This document shows, in pieces, positions 28,427 through 38,674 of a stretch of 64,000 nucleotides of DNA. The stretch is from Blastocatellia bacterium (GTDB lineage: Bacteria; Acidobacteriota; Blastocatellia; UBA7656), in contig DATFGX010000010.1 of NCBI GenBank assembly GCA_035248905.1, positions 55,579 to 119,578 on the forward strand, written 5' to 3'. The position numbers and the translations under genes were made by a program. The notes below the pieces were generated by a model. It had not been told where the DNA came from, did no database searches, and saw only the letters and a program-made list of their open reading frames with translations. Within the stretch, counting starts at the first letter, position 1. Each line of letters starts with the position of its first letter.

Positions 28427-29715
28427 AAAAAGTCTGGGCCATCATCAAACGCGAATACATCGTGCGCGTGCGCACCCGCGCCTTTGTCATCAGCACCATC
28501 GCTAGCCCGCTGCTGCTGCTGGCGCTGGCGTTGCTGCCGGGCTTGCTAGCGGCGCGCGGCGGCGGCGAGCGCCACGTCACGGTGCTCGACCAGAGCGGCG
28601 ATGCGCAGTTGTACGACCTCATCAAGAGTCGCCTGGACGGCGCATCCCGCGACGACGCGGGCGGCGGCGGGCCGCGGCTGACACATTACGTGCTGGAGCG
28701 CCGCGTCGTGCAGCCGGACGAAGATGTTGAAAAGGTCATCGCGAATGATTACGCCGCGGGCGGCAAGAAGGACGAGGATAAAGCCTACTTGATTCTGCCC
28801 GCCGGCATCTTCGACAGCGCCAAGCCGGAGTATCGCTCGAAGAACACCTCGGATTTCGGCCTGCGCTCGCTGGAGTCGGCCATCAGCCAGGCGGTCACCG
28901 AACGCAAGCTCGAACGCGCCGGCATCGCCGGCGACCGCGCCAAGGGCATCACGCGGCGCGTCGAGTTGAACACCACGAAGCTGACCGCGGAAGGCGGCGC
29001 GCAAGAAGACAGCGGCGCGAGCTTCATCATCGCCTTCATCATGCTCTTCTTCATGTACATGACCGTGCTGTTCTATGGCCTGTTCGTGATGCGCGGCGTG
29101 ATTGAAGAGAAGCAATCGCGCATCGTCGAAATCGTCGTGTCGTCGGTGAAACCTGAAGAGATGATGTTGGGCAAGCTGATCGGCATTGGGCTGGTCGGCT
29201 TGACGCAGATCGGCATCTGGGTGACGAGCGTCGCGCTGCTTTCGACCGTTGGTCTCTCGATGTTCGCGTCGCGCGGCATCGCGCTGCCGCACCTGCCCTT
29301 GAGCCTGCTGGTCTACTTCGTCGTCTTCTTCGTGCTCGGCTATTTTCTCTACGCGACGCTCTACGCGCTGGTCGGCGCGACGGTCGGCAGCGAAGAAGAA
29401 GCGCAGCAGGCGCAGTTCCCTGTGACGATTATTATCGTCATCCCGATGATGATCTTCACGACGGTGGTGGCGAATCCGAATGGCCCGCTGGCGGTGACGC
29501 TATCGATGATCCCGTTCTTTGCGCCGACGCTGATGATGCTGCGCATCGCGGTCATCAACCCGCCGCTCTGGCAGATACTGCTGTCGATGGCGATCATGCT
29601 GGTGACGATTCTCGGCGCGGTGTGGCTGGCGGCGAGAATTTATCGCGTCGGCATCCTGATGTACGGCAAGCGCCCGAGCCTGGCCGAGCTGGGCCGCTGG
29701 CTGCGCTACAGTTAA
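28423..29715 (+). CDS. ABC-2 family transporter permease
   Basis: Its ATG overlaps the ATPase stop (ATGA). One N-terminal TM, a large extracytoplasmic loop, then 5 C-terminal TM helices, typical of ABC-2 permeases. Confidence 0.75.
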   Translation: MKKVWAIIKREYIVRVRTRAFVISTIASPLLLLALALLPGLLAARGGGERHVTVLDQSGDAQLYDLIKSRLDGASRDDAGGGGPRLTHYVLERRVVQPDEDVEKVIANDYAAGGKKDEDKAYLILPAGIFDSAKPEYRSKNTSDFGLRSLESAISQAVTERKLERAGIAGDRAKGITRRVELNTTKLTAEGGAQEDSGASFIIAFIMLFFMYMTVLFYGLFVMRGVIEEKQSRIVEIVVSSVKPEEMMLGKLIGIGLVGLTQIGIWVTSVALLSTVGLSMFASRGIALPHLPLSLLVYFVVFFVLGYFLYATLYALVGATVGSEEEAQQAQFPVTIIIVIPMMIFTTVVANPNGPLAVTLSMIPFFAPTLMMLRIAVINPPLWQILLSMAIMLVTILGAVWLAARIYRVGILMYGKRPSLAELGRWLRYS

Positions 29716-29896
29716 TTCACCGCGTCTGCGCTCACGCACTTGTTGCTTTGCGCCCCTTCTGATTCGCCCGGCTGGGGTGAGAATCCTCGCCGCGCTTCCT
29801 GGCTATCCAATGAAAATCCGTGTGCCGATTTGTTGATGGCCATGGCACGGGCCGTGCTGTGATGGATGTGCGGTCATTCGCAAAAGGGGAATTGAA

Positions 29897-30322
29897 GTGG
29901 TGAAGCAACAAATCCTGGTGGTTGATGACGACCGGGCGACACGCGAAATGCTCGGCCTGATTCTGAAGGGCGCCGGTTACGAGGTCTCGTTTGCCGAAGA
30001 CGGGCGCACGGCGGTCAGCAAAGCGCACGATGAGCGGCCCGATCTGGTGGTCATCGATGGCCTGCTGCCCGGCTTGCATGGCTTTCTCGCCTGCAAGGCG
30101 ATCAAGGAACAGGAGTCGCCGCCGAAAGTCATCCTGCACACGGGCGTCTACACCAAGCCGAATTACAAGTGGGAAGCCAAAAGAGAGCACGGCGCGGATG
30201 ATCTGTTGGTGAAGCCTGCGAAGCCGGACGAGTTGCTGGCCTGCATCAAAAAGCATCTCAGCGACTCATACACTTTGCCGGCGGTCAAGGCGACCGGCGA
30301 GTGTGAGGTCGAGCGTCGCTGA
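29897..30322 (+). CDS. Stand-alone response regulator receiver (CheY-like)
   Basis: ILVVDDD...DLVVIDGLLPGLHGF is a receiver domain with the phospho-acceptor Asp. It has no output domain. Confidence 0.75.
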   Translation: MVKQQILVVDDDRATREMLGLILKGAGYEVSFAEDGRTAVSKAHDERPDLVVIDGLLPGLHGFLACKAIKEQESPPKVILHTGVYTKPNYKWEAKREHGADDLLVKPAKPDELLACIKKHLSDSYTLPAVKATGECEVERR

Positions 30323-30337
30323 GCGATCAACAGCTAA

Positions 30338-31591
30338 TCAGTGAATGCGCTTGGTGCGGCGGCGCAGGAAGTCCATCAGGATGTACTGGCCGAGCGTCAT
30401 CGTCGACGTGAAGTAAGCTTTGCCCTGGCAAATCTCCGTCACCTTCTTGACGAAATCAACCAGATAGTAATCGTCCGCCAGCATGAAGGTGTTGATCATA
30501 ATGCCGCTGCGCCGGCATTGCGCCACTTCGCGGAAGGTCTCTTGCAGAATGCGCGGGTCAAGCCCCATCGGGTTCTTATAAATCCGCCCGTCCTCTAGCG
30601 TCATCGCCGAAGGCTTGCCGTCGGTGATCATAATGATCTGCCGCATGTCTTTGCGCTGCGACATCAGGATGCGGCGTGCCAGCCTTAAGCCTTCGCGGGT
30701 GTTGGTGTGGTACGGGCCGACCTGTGCCTTCGCCACCTGCGACAGCGGAATCTCTTCGGCAGAGTCGTGAAACAGCACGACGCGCAAGCTATCGCCCGGA
30801 AACTGCGTGCGCATCAAGTGTGTCAGCGCCAGCGCCACGCGCTTGGCCGGCGTGAAGCGGTCTTCGCCGTAAAGAATCATCGAATGCGAGCAGTCGAGCA
30901 GTAACACCGTCGCGCACGAGCTTTGATACTCGGTCTGATGCACCATCAGGTCGGCATATTCAAGATTGAGTGGCACGCCCAGACCTTCGCGCTGAATCGC
31001 CGACTTCAATGTCGCGTTGACGTCGAGGTTCAGCGTGTCGCCGAACTCGTAAGGCTTCGACGCCGCGCTCGCCTCAATGCCGGTCGCCAGGTGATTGGTG
31101 TCGTGCCTGCCGAACGACGACTTGCCGAGCGAAGCCAACAGGTCGCGCAGCGATTTGAAGCCGAGAAAGTCCAGCCCCTTGTCGCGCAGCTCGAACTTGA
31201 CGCTCTGCTCGACGGGCCTGCCGGTCTTGCCCGCCTGCTTGCTAAAACCTGCAGGTTGCTCGACCGGCTCTTGCCTGACGTTGATGTAGCCTTCTGCGAT
31301 CAGGCGCTCGATCAGCCGGTCAATCAGCTCGGCCATCGCCTCTGCGTTGATGCGCCCCTGTTCGTCGCTCAAGGCCTCCAGCTCTTCTTCGGAGAGCAGG
31401 CCATCCATCAGCGCCTGCATGATCGCTTCGCGCAAGGCGTCGAGCGATTCGTCACGCGCGTTGCCGTACATGAAATATGGGTCGTCGAAGCCGCTTTCGA
31501 GCAGAAAGTCGGCCAGCCGGTCGAGCAGGTCTTCAAGGCTCAACGACTGCCAGTCAACGCCCGTCCATTTGCTGTACTTCGTAAAAGGCAT
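30338..31591 (-). CDS. VWA (von Willebrand factor A) domain protein, ChlD/CoxE-like partner of an AAA+ ATPase
   Basis: [10 protein letters not shown]...ITDGKPS is a VWA MIDAS region. The start was chosen at MPFTKY. Confidence 0.8.
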   Translation of the reverse strand: MPFTKYSKWTGVDWQSLSLEDLLDRLADFLLESGFDDPYFMYGNARDESLDALREAIMQALMDGLLSEEELEALSDEQGRINAEAMAELIDRLIERLIAEGYINVRQEPVEQPAGFSKQAGKTGRPVEQSVKFELRDKGLDFLGFKSLRDLLASLGKSSFGRHDTNHLATGIEASAASKPYEFGDTLNLDVNATLKSAIQREGLGVPLNLEYADLMVHQTEYQSSCATVLLLDCSHSMILYGEDRFTPAKRVALALTHLMRTQFPGDSLRVVLFHDSAEEIPLSQVAKAQVGPYHTNTREGLRLARRILMSQRKDMRQIIMITDGKPSAMTLEDGRIYKNPMGLDPRILQETFREVAQCRRSGIMINTFMLADDYYLVDFVKKVTEICQGKAYFTSTMTLGQYILMDFLRRRTKRIH

Positions 31592-31593
31592 AG

Positions 31594-31700
31594 TCAGTGA
31601 CAAGTGACGAGTGACAAGAAGAACTGCGCATGCGCAGGCTCACCGGCATGACGAATGACAACGTCTTGTCACTCGTCACTTGTCACTTGTCACGGTTTTT
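31594..31700. repeat. (GTGACAAG)n palindromic hairpin element
   Basis: AGTGACAAGTGACGAGTGACAAG ... CTTGTCACTCGTCACTTGTCACTTGTCAC. Overlaps the 3' end of the EncFtn-like gene. Confidence 0.8.
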
Positions 31701-32125
31701 TTCTGTCGCAGGCTGCCGACGGTGAAGGTGTGCGGGAACTCGTCGGCGGGCGTCGCTAACGCAGGCGCGGTGGACGCCGGCACCGCGGCGACGGTCGGCG
31801 CGGCGGCCTGCCCCGACAGTTCTTCCTTCTCGCCGCCGGCTTCGATAGCCAGCAGGTCGCCCGACGTGAAGAGGTATTCTCGCAGGTAGCGGTCGAAGGC
31901 CGAGTCGTGACGACGAATCCATTCCAGCACCATCGCCGCGTGCTCTTTCTCTTCGTCCTGGTTGTGCAGCAGCGTGGCGCGCAGCGCCTCGTCGTCGCAG
32001 ACGTCAGCGCGCTGGCCGTACCAGTCAATGGCTTCCAGCTCTTCCATCAGCGAATGCAGCGCGCGCGCCATGTCGCGCGTCTCCGGCTTCAACAACTCAT
32101 ACGGCGCATGCCATGCGATGCCCAT
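31676..32125 (-). CDS. Encapsulated ferritin-like protein (EncFtn-type encapsulin cargo) with C-terminal targeting-peptide-like TVGSLR motif
   Basis: LMEELEAIDWYGQR...HNQDEEKEHAAMVLEWIRR...YLFT matches the EncFtn E-x(n)-ExxH di-iron motif region. The C-terminal tail ...FTVGSLRQKK resembles family-1 encapsulin cargo-loading peptides. Confidence 0.65.
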   Translation of the reverse strand: MGIAWHAPYELLKPETRDMARALHSLMEELEAIDWYGQRADVCDDEALRATLLHNQDEEKEHAAMVLEWIRRHDSAFDRYLREYLFTSGDLLAIEAGGEKEELSGQAAAPTVAAVPASTAPALATPADEFPHTFTVGSLRQKKTVTSDK

Positions 32126-32139
32126 GTCACATCTGCCTC

Positions 32140-33609
32140 CTAGTTGATTTTGCGCGAGCGGCTGAAGCTCTCGTAGCCATAGCCGCGCGGCTCCGGCTTG
32201 GCCGCCGTGTAGCCGCGCTCTTCGCTGCGACTGATCTTCTTCTGCGCGTGCAGCCCTTCGAGGATCAATTCGCAGACCCCGACCAGCGCGTCCGCCTGCG
32301 CCGGCTCGGCCAGGTGCGAGTCGGCGGCGGCTGCAAGCAGGCCGTCAATCGTGCGAAAGCCTTTCAGGCAGAGCGCCGCGCTGTCACTGTCGCCGACGCG
32401 CAGCGTGCCGCCATCGTTGAACCAGGCGACGACCTCTGAACAGTCGATGTGGCCGCAGTACGCTTCAAAGACTTTGCCGACCGCCGCGCGCACCAGGTCG
32501 CGCGCCACGGCGGTCGCGCCCTTCTGCTCGCCCTCGTATTCCAGTTCGAGCTTGCCGGTGATGGCCGGCAGCGCCGCGTAGATGTCGCTGATGCGCGGCA
32601 CGGCGCGCGCTTCTTTGGTCAGCAGGCGGCGGCGCTCGGCGTTCGAGACGACGTTCTCGATGACCGAGATGGGCAAGCGCTGGCTGACGCCCGAACGCCG
32701 GTCGATGCGCTGATCGTCGCGCGCCTCGAAGGCGACCTGCTCGACGGCGCGCCGAATGAATTCGGGCACGAAGACGCGGCCGCCATCGCGCGCCGTCCAG
32801 GCTTCCTGCCCGGTGATCTGCATGCCTTCTTCGACGCTCGCGGGGTAGTGCGTGATGATCTCTGAGCCGATGCGGTCTTTGAGCGGCGTGATGATCTTGC
32901 CGCGCGCCGTGTAATCTTCGGGGTTCGCCGAAAAGACCAGCATCACGTCGAGCGGCAGCCTGATCGGGTAGCCCTTAATCTGCACGTCGCCTTCTTGCAT
33001 GATGTTGAACAAGCCGACCTGCACTTTGCTGGCGAGGTCGGGCAGCTCGTTGATGGCGAAGAGGCCGCGGTTGGCGCGCGGCAGCAAGCCGTAATGAATC
33101 GTCAGCTCGTCGGCTAACAGATGACCGCCGCGCGCCGCTTTGATGGGGTCGAGGTCGCCGATCAAATCGGCGATGGTGACGTCGGGGGTCGCCAGCTTTT
33201 CGACGTAGCGGTTGGCGCGCGGCACAAACGTCACGGGCGTCTGGTCGCCGCGTGCTTCGATCAGCAGCCGGCAAGCCTTGCACAGCGGTTGATACGGATT
33301 GTCGTTGATCTCACAGCCTTCGACGGTGGGCATCGTTTCGTCGAGCAGGCCGACCAGCTCGCGCAGGATGCGGCTCTTGGCCTGGCCGCGCAGGCCGAGC
33401 AGGATGAAGTTGTGGCGCGAAAGTATCGCGTTGACGATCTGCGGGATGACCGAATCGTCGTAGCCGACGATGCCTGGGAAGACCGTTTCATGGCGTTCGA
33501 GCCTGGCAATCAGGTTGCGGCGCATCTCGTCTTTGACCGACGAATGGCGCACGCGCGCTTCGTTGTATTCGGATGATTTCAACTCGCCGAGAGTGAGTGG
33601 CAACGGCAT
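32140..33609 (-). CDS. ChlI/BchI-like (MoxR-class) AAA+ ATPase
   Basis: [12 protein letters not shown] is a ChlI-type Walker [15 protein letters not shown]...[10 protein letters not shown] is the ChlI Walker B/sensor region. The start was chosen at MPLPLTLG. Confidence 0.8.
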   Translation of the reverse strand: MPLPLTLGELKSSEYNEARVRHSSVKDEMRRNLIARLERHETVFPGIVGYDDSVIPQIVNAILSRHNFILLGLRGQAKSRILRELVGLLDETMPTVEGCEINDNPYQPLCKACRLLIEARGDQTPVTFVPRANRYVEKLATPDVTIADLIGDLDPIKAARGGHLLADELTIHYGLLPRANRGLFAINELPDLASKVQVGLFNIMQEGDVQIKGYPIRLPLDVMLVFSANPEDYTARGKIITPLKDRIGSEIITHYPASVEEGMQITGQEAWTARDGGRVFVPEFIRRAVEQVAFEARDDQRIDRRSGVSQRLPISVIENVVSNAERRRLLTKEARAVPRISDIYAALPAITGKLELEYEGEQKGATAVARDLVRAAVGKVFEAYCGHIDCSEVVAWFNDGGTLRVGDSDSAALCLKGFRTIDGLLAAAADSHLAEPAQADALVGVCELILEGLHAQKKISRSEERGYTAAKPEPRGYGYESFSRSRKIN

Positions 33610-33752
33610 GCAGATAACCTCAAATCTACCGGCTGACCTCTTGATCGAGCGTGTCCCTTGCTCGTCTAGACACTCTAGCGTCAGCGGCGCGCTCAGGCAA
33701 GCCAGCGGCGGGAATGAGCAGGGACTATGCATTCTCGAATAACCATCGGAAG

Positions 33753-33830
33753 ATGAACCGCCAAGACGCCAAGATCGCCAAGAGGATACAGAGCCTTTCT
33801 TGGCGATCTTGGCGTCTTGGCGGTTAAAGG
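33753..33830. repeat. (CGCCAAGA)n palindromic hairpin element
   Basis: ACCGCCAAGACGCCAAGATCGCCAAGAGG ... CTTGGCGATCTTGGCGTCTTGGCGGTT. Confidence 0.8.
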
Positions 33831-33871
33831 TCTGAGAATGAATAGACCCTGCGGGTCTGACCCGCGCGCCT

Positions 33872-34729
33872 TCAGTTGCAACTCACGGCTCGCACCTGCG
33901 GGCTGAAGACCGTCCCGGTAGTCTCCAGGCAATCGATGATCGACAGTTGCTGACTGAACAACTCTTTCCACGCGAAGACGGTGCTGTACTGGCCGATGAC
34001 TCGGATGTTCTCGGCGTCGCGCGGAATCTCACAGACCAGCTTTTGACCGACGGCCAGGCTGCCTGAGGCACATTTGAATCCCCGACCCTTGACTTGATAG
34101 GTGACAAAGAACCTGGCCACATAGCCGCCATTCTGATGGATGACCAGTTGCTGCGGCGGGTCCGGGCGGTTGCTATCGAAAACGATTGTCCCGCCTGAAT
34201 GGCCTGTGCCGGTCGGCGGCTTTGGAGCGGCGGCTTGCCGCAGCTCCCATTGCTGGTTGGCGCCGCCAAGATAATCCCACTGGTGCGCCCTCGCCCCGTC
34301 GCTCTGTGAGATCCCTTCTATGTCGAGACATCTCCCGCTGTGCGCCGCCGTGAAGGCATAGACGCCGCGCCGGATGACCTTGACGCCCCATCTCTGATTC
34401 GCTCTGCCGTGCCACTCCCACAGGATAATCGGCGCGCCGTTGGCCTGGCCCTCGCCTGCGACATCCAGCACCAGCTCGTTCAGTTTCGCGACGATGTAGT
34501 AGACGCCCTTCGTCTCGGTGGGGTCGAAACGCCACTGCTGGCGGCGGCTGCCGTCGCAGTCGGCTTGCTGCACTCTCGTCCCCTTGCCGCCTGTGACGGT
34601 GAGACACTTGCCGCTGTGCTGGGCGATCAGCTCGCCCTCGCCAACCGTCTGGGCCGCCGCGGTGGTGCACAGGGCCAGCAACAGGGTTAGCGAAGCGAAG
34701 AAATAGAATTTGTCGCTGTGAATTCTCAT
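33872..34729 (-). CDS. Secreted ricin-B-type (beta-trefoil, QxW repeat) lectin domain protein
   Basis: Signal peptide. Repeated ...QQW / NQRW / HQW / NQQW trefoil subrepeats, plus a C-terminal extra domain. Confidence 0.75.
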   Translation of the reverse strand: MRIHSDKFYFFASLTLLLALCTTAAAQTVGEGELIAQHSGKCLTVTGGKGTRVQQADCDGSRRQQWRFDPTETKGVYYIVAKLNELVLDVAGEGQANGAPIILWEWHGRANQRWGVKVIRRGVYAFTAAHSGRCLDIEGISQSDGARAHQWDYLGGANQQWELRQAAAPKPPTGTGHSGGTIVFDSNRPDPPQQLVIHQNGGYVARFFVTYQVKGRGFKCASGSLAVGQKLVCEIPRDAENIRVIGQYSTVFAWKELFSQQLSIIDCLETTGTVFSPQVRAVSCN

Positions 34730-34932
34730 GACGTTTTCTCCTTTGCGTTCGCGGGTCGCGCCCGCCGCGTCGAAAGCTCTCATTCATTAAGGCGCGAAAG
34801 CCATGAGAAACCCGCCATGAGGTTTCTTTTGCGGTGGTAAATTTTTGGTAGCAGCGCGATGGCGTGTGTGATAGAGTTGCGCCAATTGTTGCGCCGATTC
34901 AAGCACTCATCGATTCTTATGCGGGCGCGACA

Positions 34933-35517
34933 ATGAATTCAGGCTCTCAGGAAATTACACAACTGCTGCTGGCTTGGAATGACGGCGATCAAACGGCCCT
35001 TGAGCGGCTGGCGCCGCTCGTCGAGCGCGAGCTGCACCGGCTGGCACAAGGTTACCTGAATCACGAACGGCGCGGGCACAGCTTACAAGCGACGGAACTG
35101 GTCAACGAAGCATACGTGCGGCTGATCGATTGGCAGAACGTCGCGTGGCAGAACCGCGCGCACTTCTTCGGCATGGCGGCGCAGATGATGCGGCGCATCC
35201 TGGTTGATCACGCGCGCCGCCAGCAGTTCCAGAAGCGCGGCGGCGGCGGCGCCATTCAAGTGTCGCTTGAGCGCGCCGAGAACATCGCCGGGCCATCAAG
35301 CGTAGATGTGATCGCGCTCGACGACGCGCTCGCCGCGCTGGCGCAGTTCGACGAGCGCAAGAGCCGCATCGTCGAGCTGAAATTTTTCGGCGGCCTCAGC
35401 GAGGCCGAGATTGCCGAGACCTTGCAGGTCTCTTTGCGCACCGTGCAGCGCGAGTGGAACCTGGCGCACGCATGGCTGTACCGCGAGTTGAGTAAGGAAA
35501 CTCACGATGACGCCTGA
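34933..35517 (+). CDS. ECF-subfamily RNA polymerase sigma factor (the type paired with Ser/Thr kinases)
   Basis: N-terminal QLLLAWNDGDQ..LERL, sigma-2 and sigma-4 regions. Its stop overlaps the kinase start. Confidence 0.85.
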   Translation: MNSGSQEITQLLLAWNDGDQTALERLAPLVERELHRLAQGYLNHERRGHSLQATELVNEAYVRLIDWQNVAWQNRAHFFGMAAQMMRRILVDHARRQQFQKRGGGGAIQVSLERAENIAGPSSVDVIALDDALAALAQFDERKSRIVELKFFGGLSEAEIAETLQVSLRTVQREWNLAHAWLYRELSKETHDDA

Positions 35518-38500
35518 ACGCTGGCAACGCATCGAGCAGGTTTACTTCGCGGCCCTGGCGCGCTCGCCCAATGAGCGCGCCGCCTGGCTCGACCAGGCAT
35601 GCCGGGACGACGCGGCCTTGCGCGCCGAAGTCGAATCGCTGCTCGCTGCACATCGGCAGGGGGGCGGCTTTCTGGCCGAGCCGGCGCTCGAAGTCGTCGC
35701 CAAGCAACTCGCCCTCGAACCGTCGCTGGCGCAGGCCGGACAGATCATCAATCAGTATCAGATTCTTGCGCCGCTCGGGCGGGGCGGCATGGGCGTGGTC
35801 TACAAGGCGCTCGACCTCAGGCTCGGACGCACGGTGGCGCTGAAGATGCTGTCGCCGGCGCTCGTCAGCGATCAAACGGCCCGCCTGCGCTTCCTGCGCG
35901 AAGCCCGCGCCGCGTCAATGCTGGCCCACCCGAACATCTGCACGGTCTTCGAGGTCGGCCAGAAGGACGAGCTGGTCTACATCGCTATGCAGTACGTGCA
36001 GGGCAAGACGCTCGCCGATGGTTTAGGCGAATCGCGGCTGCCGCTGCGCGTGGCGCTCGGCTACGCCCTCGACATCGCCGACGCTTTAGACGAGGCGCAC
36101 GGCCAGGGCGTCATTCACCGCGACATCAAGCCGACCAACATCATCATCAACGAGCGCGGCAGGGCGGTGGTGCTCGACTTCGGACTGGCGAAGTACGTCG
36201 GGGCGCGGCGCACACTGGATGGCGAAGCGCCGACGCTTTTGCAGATCACCGAGGAGATGAGTCCCATCGGCACGCCAGCTTACATGTCGCCGGAGCAGGC
36301 GCGTGGCGGGCGGCTCGACGAGCGCAGCGACATCTTTTCATTCGGCGTGATGCTCTACGAGATGACGACCGGCCAGCGCCCGTTCAGCGGCCATAGCCAG
36401 ATGGACACGCTGCACGCCATCCTCTACCACGACCCGCCGCCGCCGCTTGCGGTCAACCCGGCCATCCCCGCCCGCCTCGACCGGATCATCAGACAGACCA
36501 TCGCCAAAGACCCCGCTGTACGCTACCAGTCATTCGCCGACCTGAAGGCAGACCTTGCCGCCTTGCTCGCAGAGAAAAGTGGCGCCTTGCCGATGCCGAA
36601 TTCGGAACCGCTCGCCGCCGCGACGACCAGTCCGAACGACCCGACGATCACCGACGAAGCGCGTTCCTACCGCACGGCAGCGGGCGCGGCGGCGATGACC
36701 GGGCGCATCTTGCGCCCGCTGCTCAGGCCGCGAAACGTGATGATCGTTGCTGCCGCTGCGCTGGCGGTCGTCGCCGCCTATCTGGCCTGGCGCGGGCGCG
36801 GCAGCCCAAGCGATGCCGAGCTGATCGCCTCGCTGAAGCTAACAGAACTAGTCAACTGGAAGGAGCAGGGCTATTACACCGGCGCAGACATTCTTGGCAG
36901 CATCTCGCCCGACGGCAAGATGATCGCCTATTGCTCAAGGAGCGATGGCCTCGGCAACATCTGGATCAAACAGACGAGCGGCGGCGACCCAGTTCAGATC
37001 ACCAAAGACAGTTGGCATAACTGGAGTCCGATCTGGTCGCCGGATGGCCAGGAGCTGGCTTACCTCTCGCGGCGCGGGCAGCAGACCGGCATCTGGCGCG
37101 TGCCCGCCTTCGGCGGCGCGGCGAAACTCGTGGCGACGCTCGCGCCGCTCGGCGGACGGCTGAGCCGCTGGTCGAAAGATGCCAAGACGATCTACTACGA
37201 AGCCGACGGCAATTTCTTTGCCCTTGATTTGAGTTCGGGCCAGAGTCGCGCCTTGACCGAGTTCGACCCGCAGAACTTGCCCGCTTATGATTTCAGCATC
37301 TCGCCCGCCGAAGACCGTATCACTTACGTCGAATCGAAAGATGGCCAGGTTGATCTCTGGGTTACGCCGTTGGCGGGAGGCTCACCCACCCAAATCACGA
37401 ATGACTCGGCCGAAGATCGACCTGCTTTCTGGCACCCGGATGGGCGGCGGATTCTCTACAGCTCGAAACGCGATGGCGTGTTTCAAATCTTCGTGGCCTA
37501 CATGGATGGCCGCAAGCCTGTGCAGCTCACCTTTGGAGACCGTGATAGCTTTGTGTCGGGCATCTCTGAAGACGGGACAAAGCTCGCGGTCAGCTCGATC
37601 CGCCAGGACTCTGACCTGTGGGCCGTGGACGTGAACACCGGTGAAGAGACGCAAATTACCACTGATGTTCATGCAGAGATGTGGGCCGACTTTTCGCCCG
37701 ATGGCCGGCATATCGCCTACCAGTTCATGCGCCAGCACGACGACCTGATGAGCTCGCAGGTTCTGCTCCAGGCGACCGGCACCGGCGAGCAGCAGGTTGA
37801 ACTGGCGACTACCGGTATCGAGCCGCGATGGTCACCGGATGGCAGGACACTCGCCTTTCTGCGGCTCGCTGGCGGCATTCGCCAACTCTGGACGATCAAC
37901 GCCACGGGAACCGGTGAACGGCAATTGACCGCGCGCGGCATATCGGGCTTGAATTTCACCATCAACCCCTTCAACCGGGCCCACAGCAGCGAGTTTAGCT
38001 GGTCGCCGGACAGCCGCCGCATGGCATTTACGACGGCAAGCGCGGAGCCGGGCATCTGGGTCGCCGCCGCCGATGGCCAGAATGAGATACGCACCTTGCC
38101 GACTCCCGATGCAGACACGGCGTTTTACTGCCCGCTGTGGTCGCCTGACGGGAGCCGCATCGCCTACCTTTCGATAACCGAGATGCAGACGCAAGTCGTC
38201 TGGAAGGTTCTGACGCTTGCAACGGGTCAGCCCACTCCCAGAATGCTGTATCAGTCGAATTCGGTGTTGCGACTGCTTGGCTGGTCGGCGACCGGTCACG
38301 CATTGGTCGTCGCGACGGTGGCCGGGAAAGCCAAGTTTGCTTCGCAACCATCCGCTGTCGGTCTGTTTGAGCTTGCCACTGATACCGGCGGCGTACGTCC
38401 CATTGCGACTGCCGAAGCGGCTTATCTCTATAACAACCAGTTGTCGGCGGACAAGCGGGTCATTGCCATTGCGCGGCATCAAGATGGCAAAGACAACCTC

Positions 38501-38662
38501 TGGCTTTATCCGATCAGCGGCGGTGCGCCCAAAAAGATTACCTCGAACAACGACTCCCGCCTCTTCTTTTCCTCTCTGACCTGGTCGCCGGATGGCAAGG
38601 CGATCACCTTCGCCAAGCAAGCGCGCTTCGGCGTCATGTCAATGCTTGCCAACTACAGATGA
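35507..38662 (+). CDS. Ser/Thr protein kinase with TM segment and C-terminal TolB-like (PD40/WD40-like) beta-propeller repeats
   Basis: The N-terminal ERWQRIEQVYFAAL motif is typical of ECF-partner kinases. Kinase subdomains follow (GRGGMGVVYKA, HRDIKPTNI, DFGLAK), then repeated SPDG-containing propeller units. Confidence 0.9.
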   Translation: MTPERWQRIEQVYFAALARSPNERAAWLDQACRDDAALRAEVESLLAAHRQGGGFLAEPALEVVAKQLALEPSLAQAGQIINQYQILAPLGRGGMGVVYKALDLRLGRTVALKMLSPALVSDQTARLRFLREARAASMLAHPNICTVFEVGQKDELVYIAMQYVQGKTLADGLGESRLPLRVALGYALDIADALDEAHGQGVIHRDIKPTNIIINERGRAVVLDFGLAKYVGARRTLDGEAPTLLQITEEMSPIGTPAYMSPEQARGGRLDERSDIFSFGVMLYEMTTGQRPFSGHSQMDTLHAILYHDPPPPLAVNPAIPARLDRIIRQTIAKDPAVRYQSFADLKADLAALLAEKSGALPMPNSEPLAAATTSPNDPTITDEARSYRTAAGAAAMTGRILRPLLRPRNVMIVAAAALAVVAAYLAWRGRGSPSDAELIASLKLTELVNWKEQGYYTGADILGSISPDGKMIAYCSRSDGLGNIWIKQTSGGDPVQITKDSWHNWSPIWSPDGQELAYLSRRGQQTGIWRVPAFGGAAKLVATLAPLGGRLSRWSKDAKTIYYEADGNFFALDLSSGQSRALTEFDPQNLPAYDFSISPAEDRITYVESKDGQVDLWVTPLAGGSPTQITNDSAEDRPAFWHPDGRRILYSSKRDGVFQIFVAYMDGRKPVQLTFGDRDSFVSGISEDGTKLAVSSIRQDSDLWAVDVNTGEETQITTDVHAEMWADFSPDGRHIAYQFMRQHDDLMSSQVLLQATGTGEQQVELATTGIEPRWSPDGRTLAFLRLAGGIRQLWTINATGTGERQLTARGISGLNFTINPFNRAHSSEFSWSPDSRRMAFTTASAEPGIWVAAADGQNEIRTLPTPDADTAFYCPLWSPDGSRIAYLSITEMQTQVVWKVLTLATGQPTPRMLYQSNSVLRLLGWSATGHALVVATVAGKAKFASQPSAVGLFELATDTGGVRPIATAEAAYLYNNQLSADKRVIAIARHQDGKDNLWLYPISGGAPKKITSNNDSRLFFSSLTWSPDGKAITFAKQARFGVMSMLANYR

Positions 38663-38674
38663 AGGAGACTCCCC

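Noticed and set aside
32140-33609. AAA+ protein considered as a sigma-54 enhancer-binding activator
   Set aside because: There is no GAFTGA motif and no C-terminal HTH. The Walker A/B and sensor regions match the ChlI/BchI (MoxR-class) family, and a VWA partner lies nearby.
30338-34800. Search for an encapsulin shell (HK97-fold, about 260-300 aa) gene adjacent to the EncFtn-like gene
   Set aside because: No ORF of suitable size or composition lies next to it on either side; the neighbours are AAA+, VWA and lectin genes. The shell, if any, must be elsewhere.
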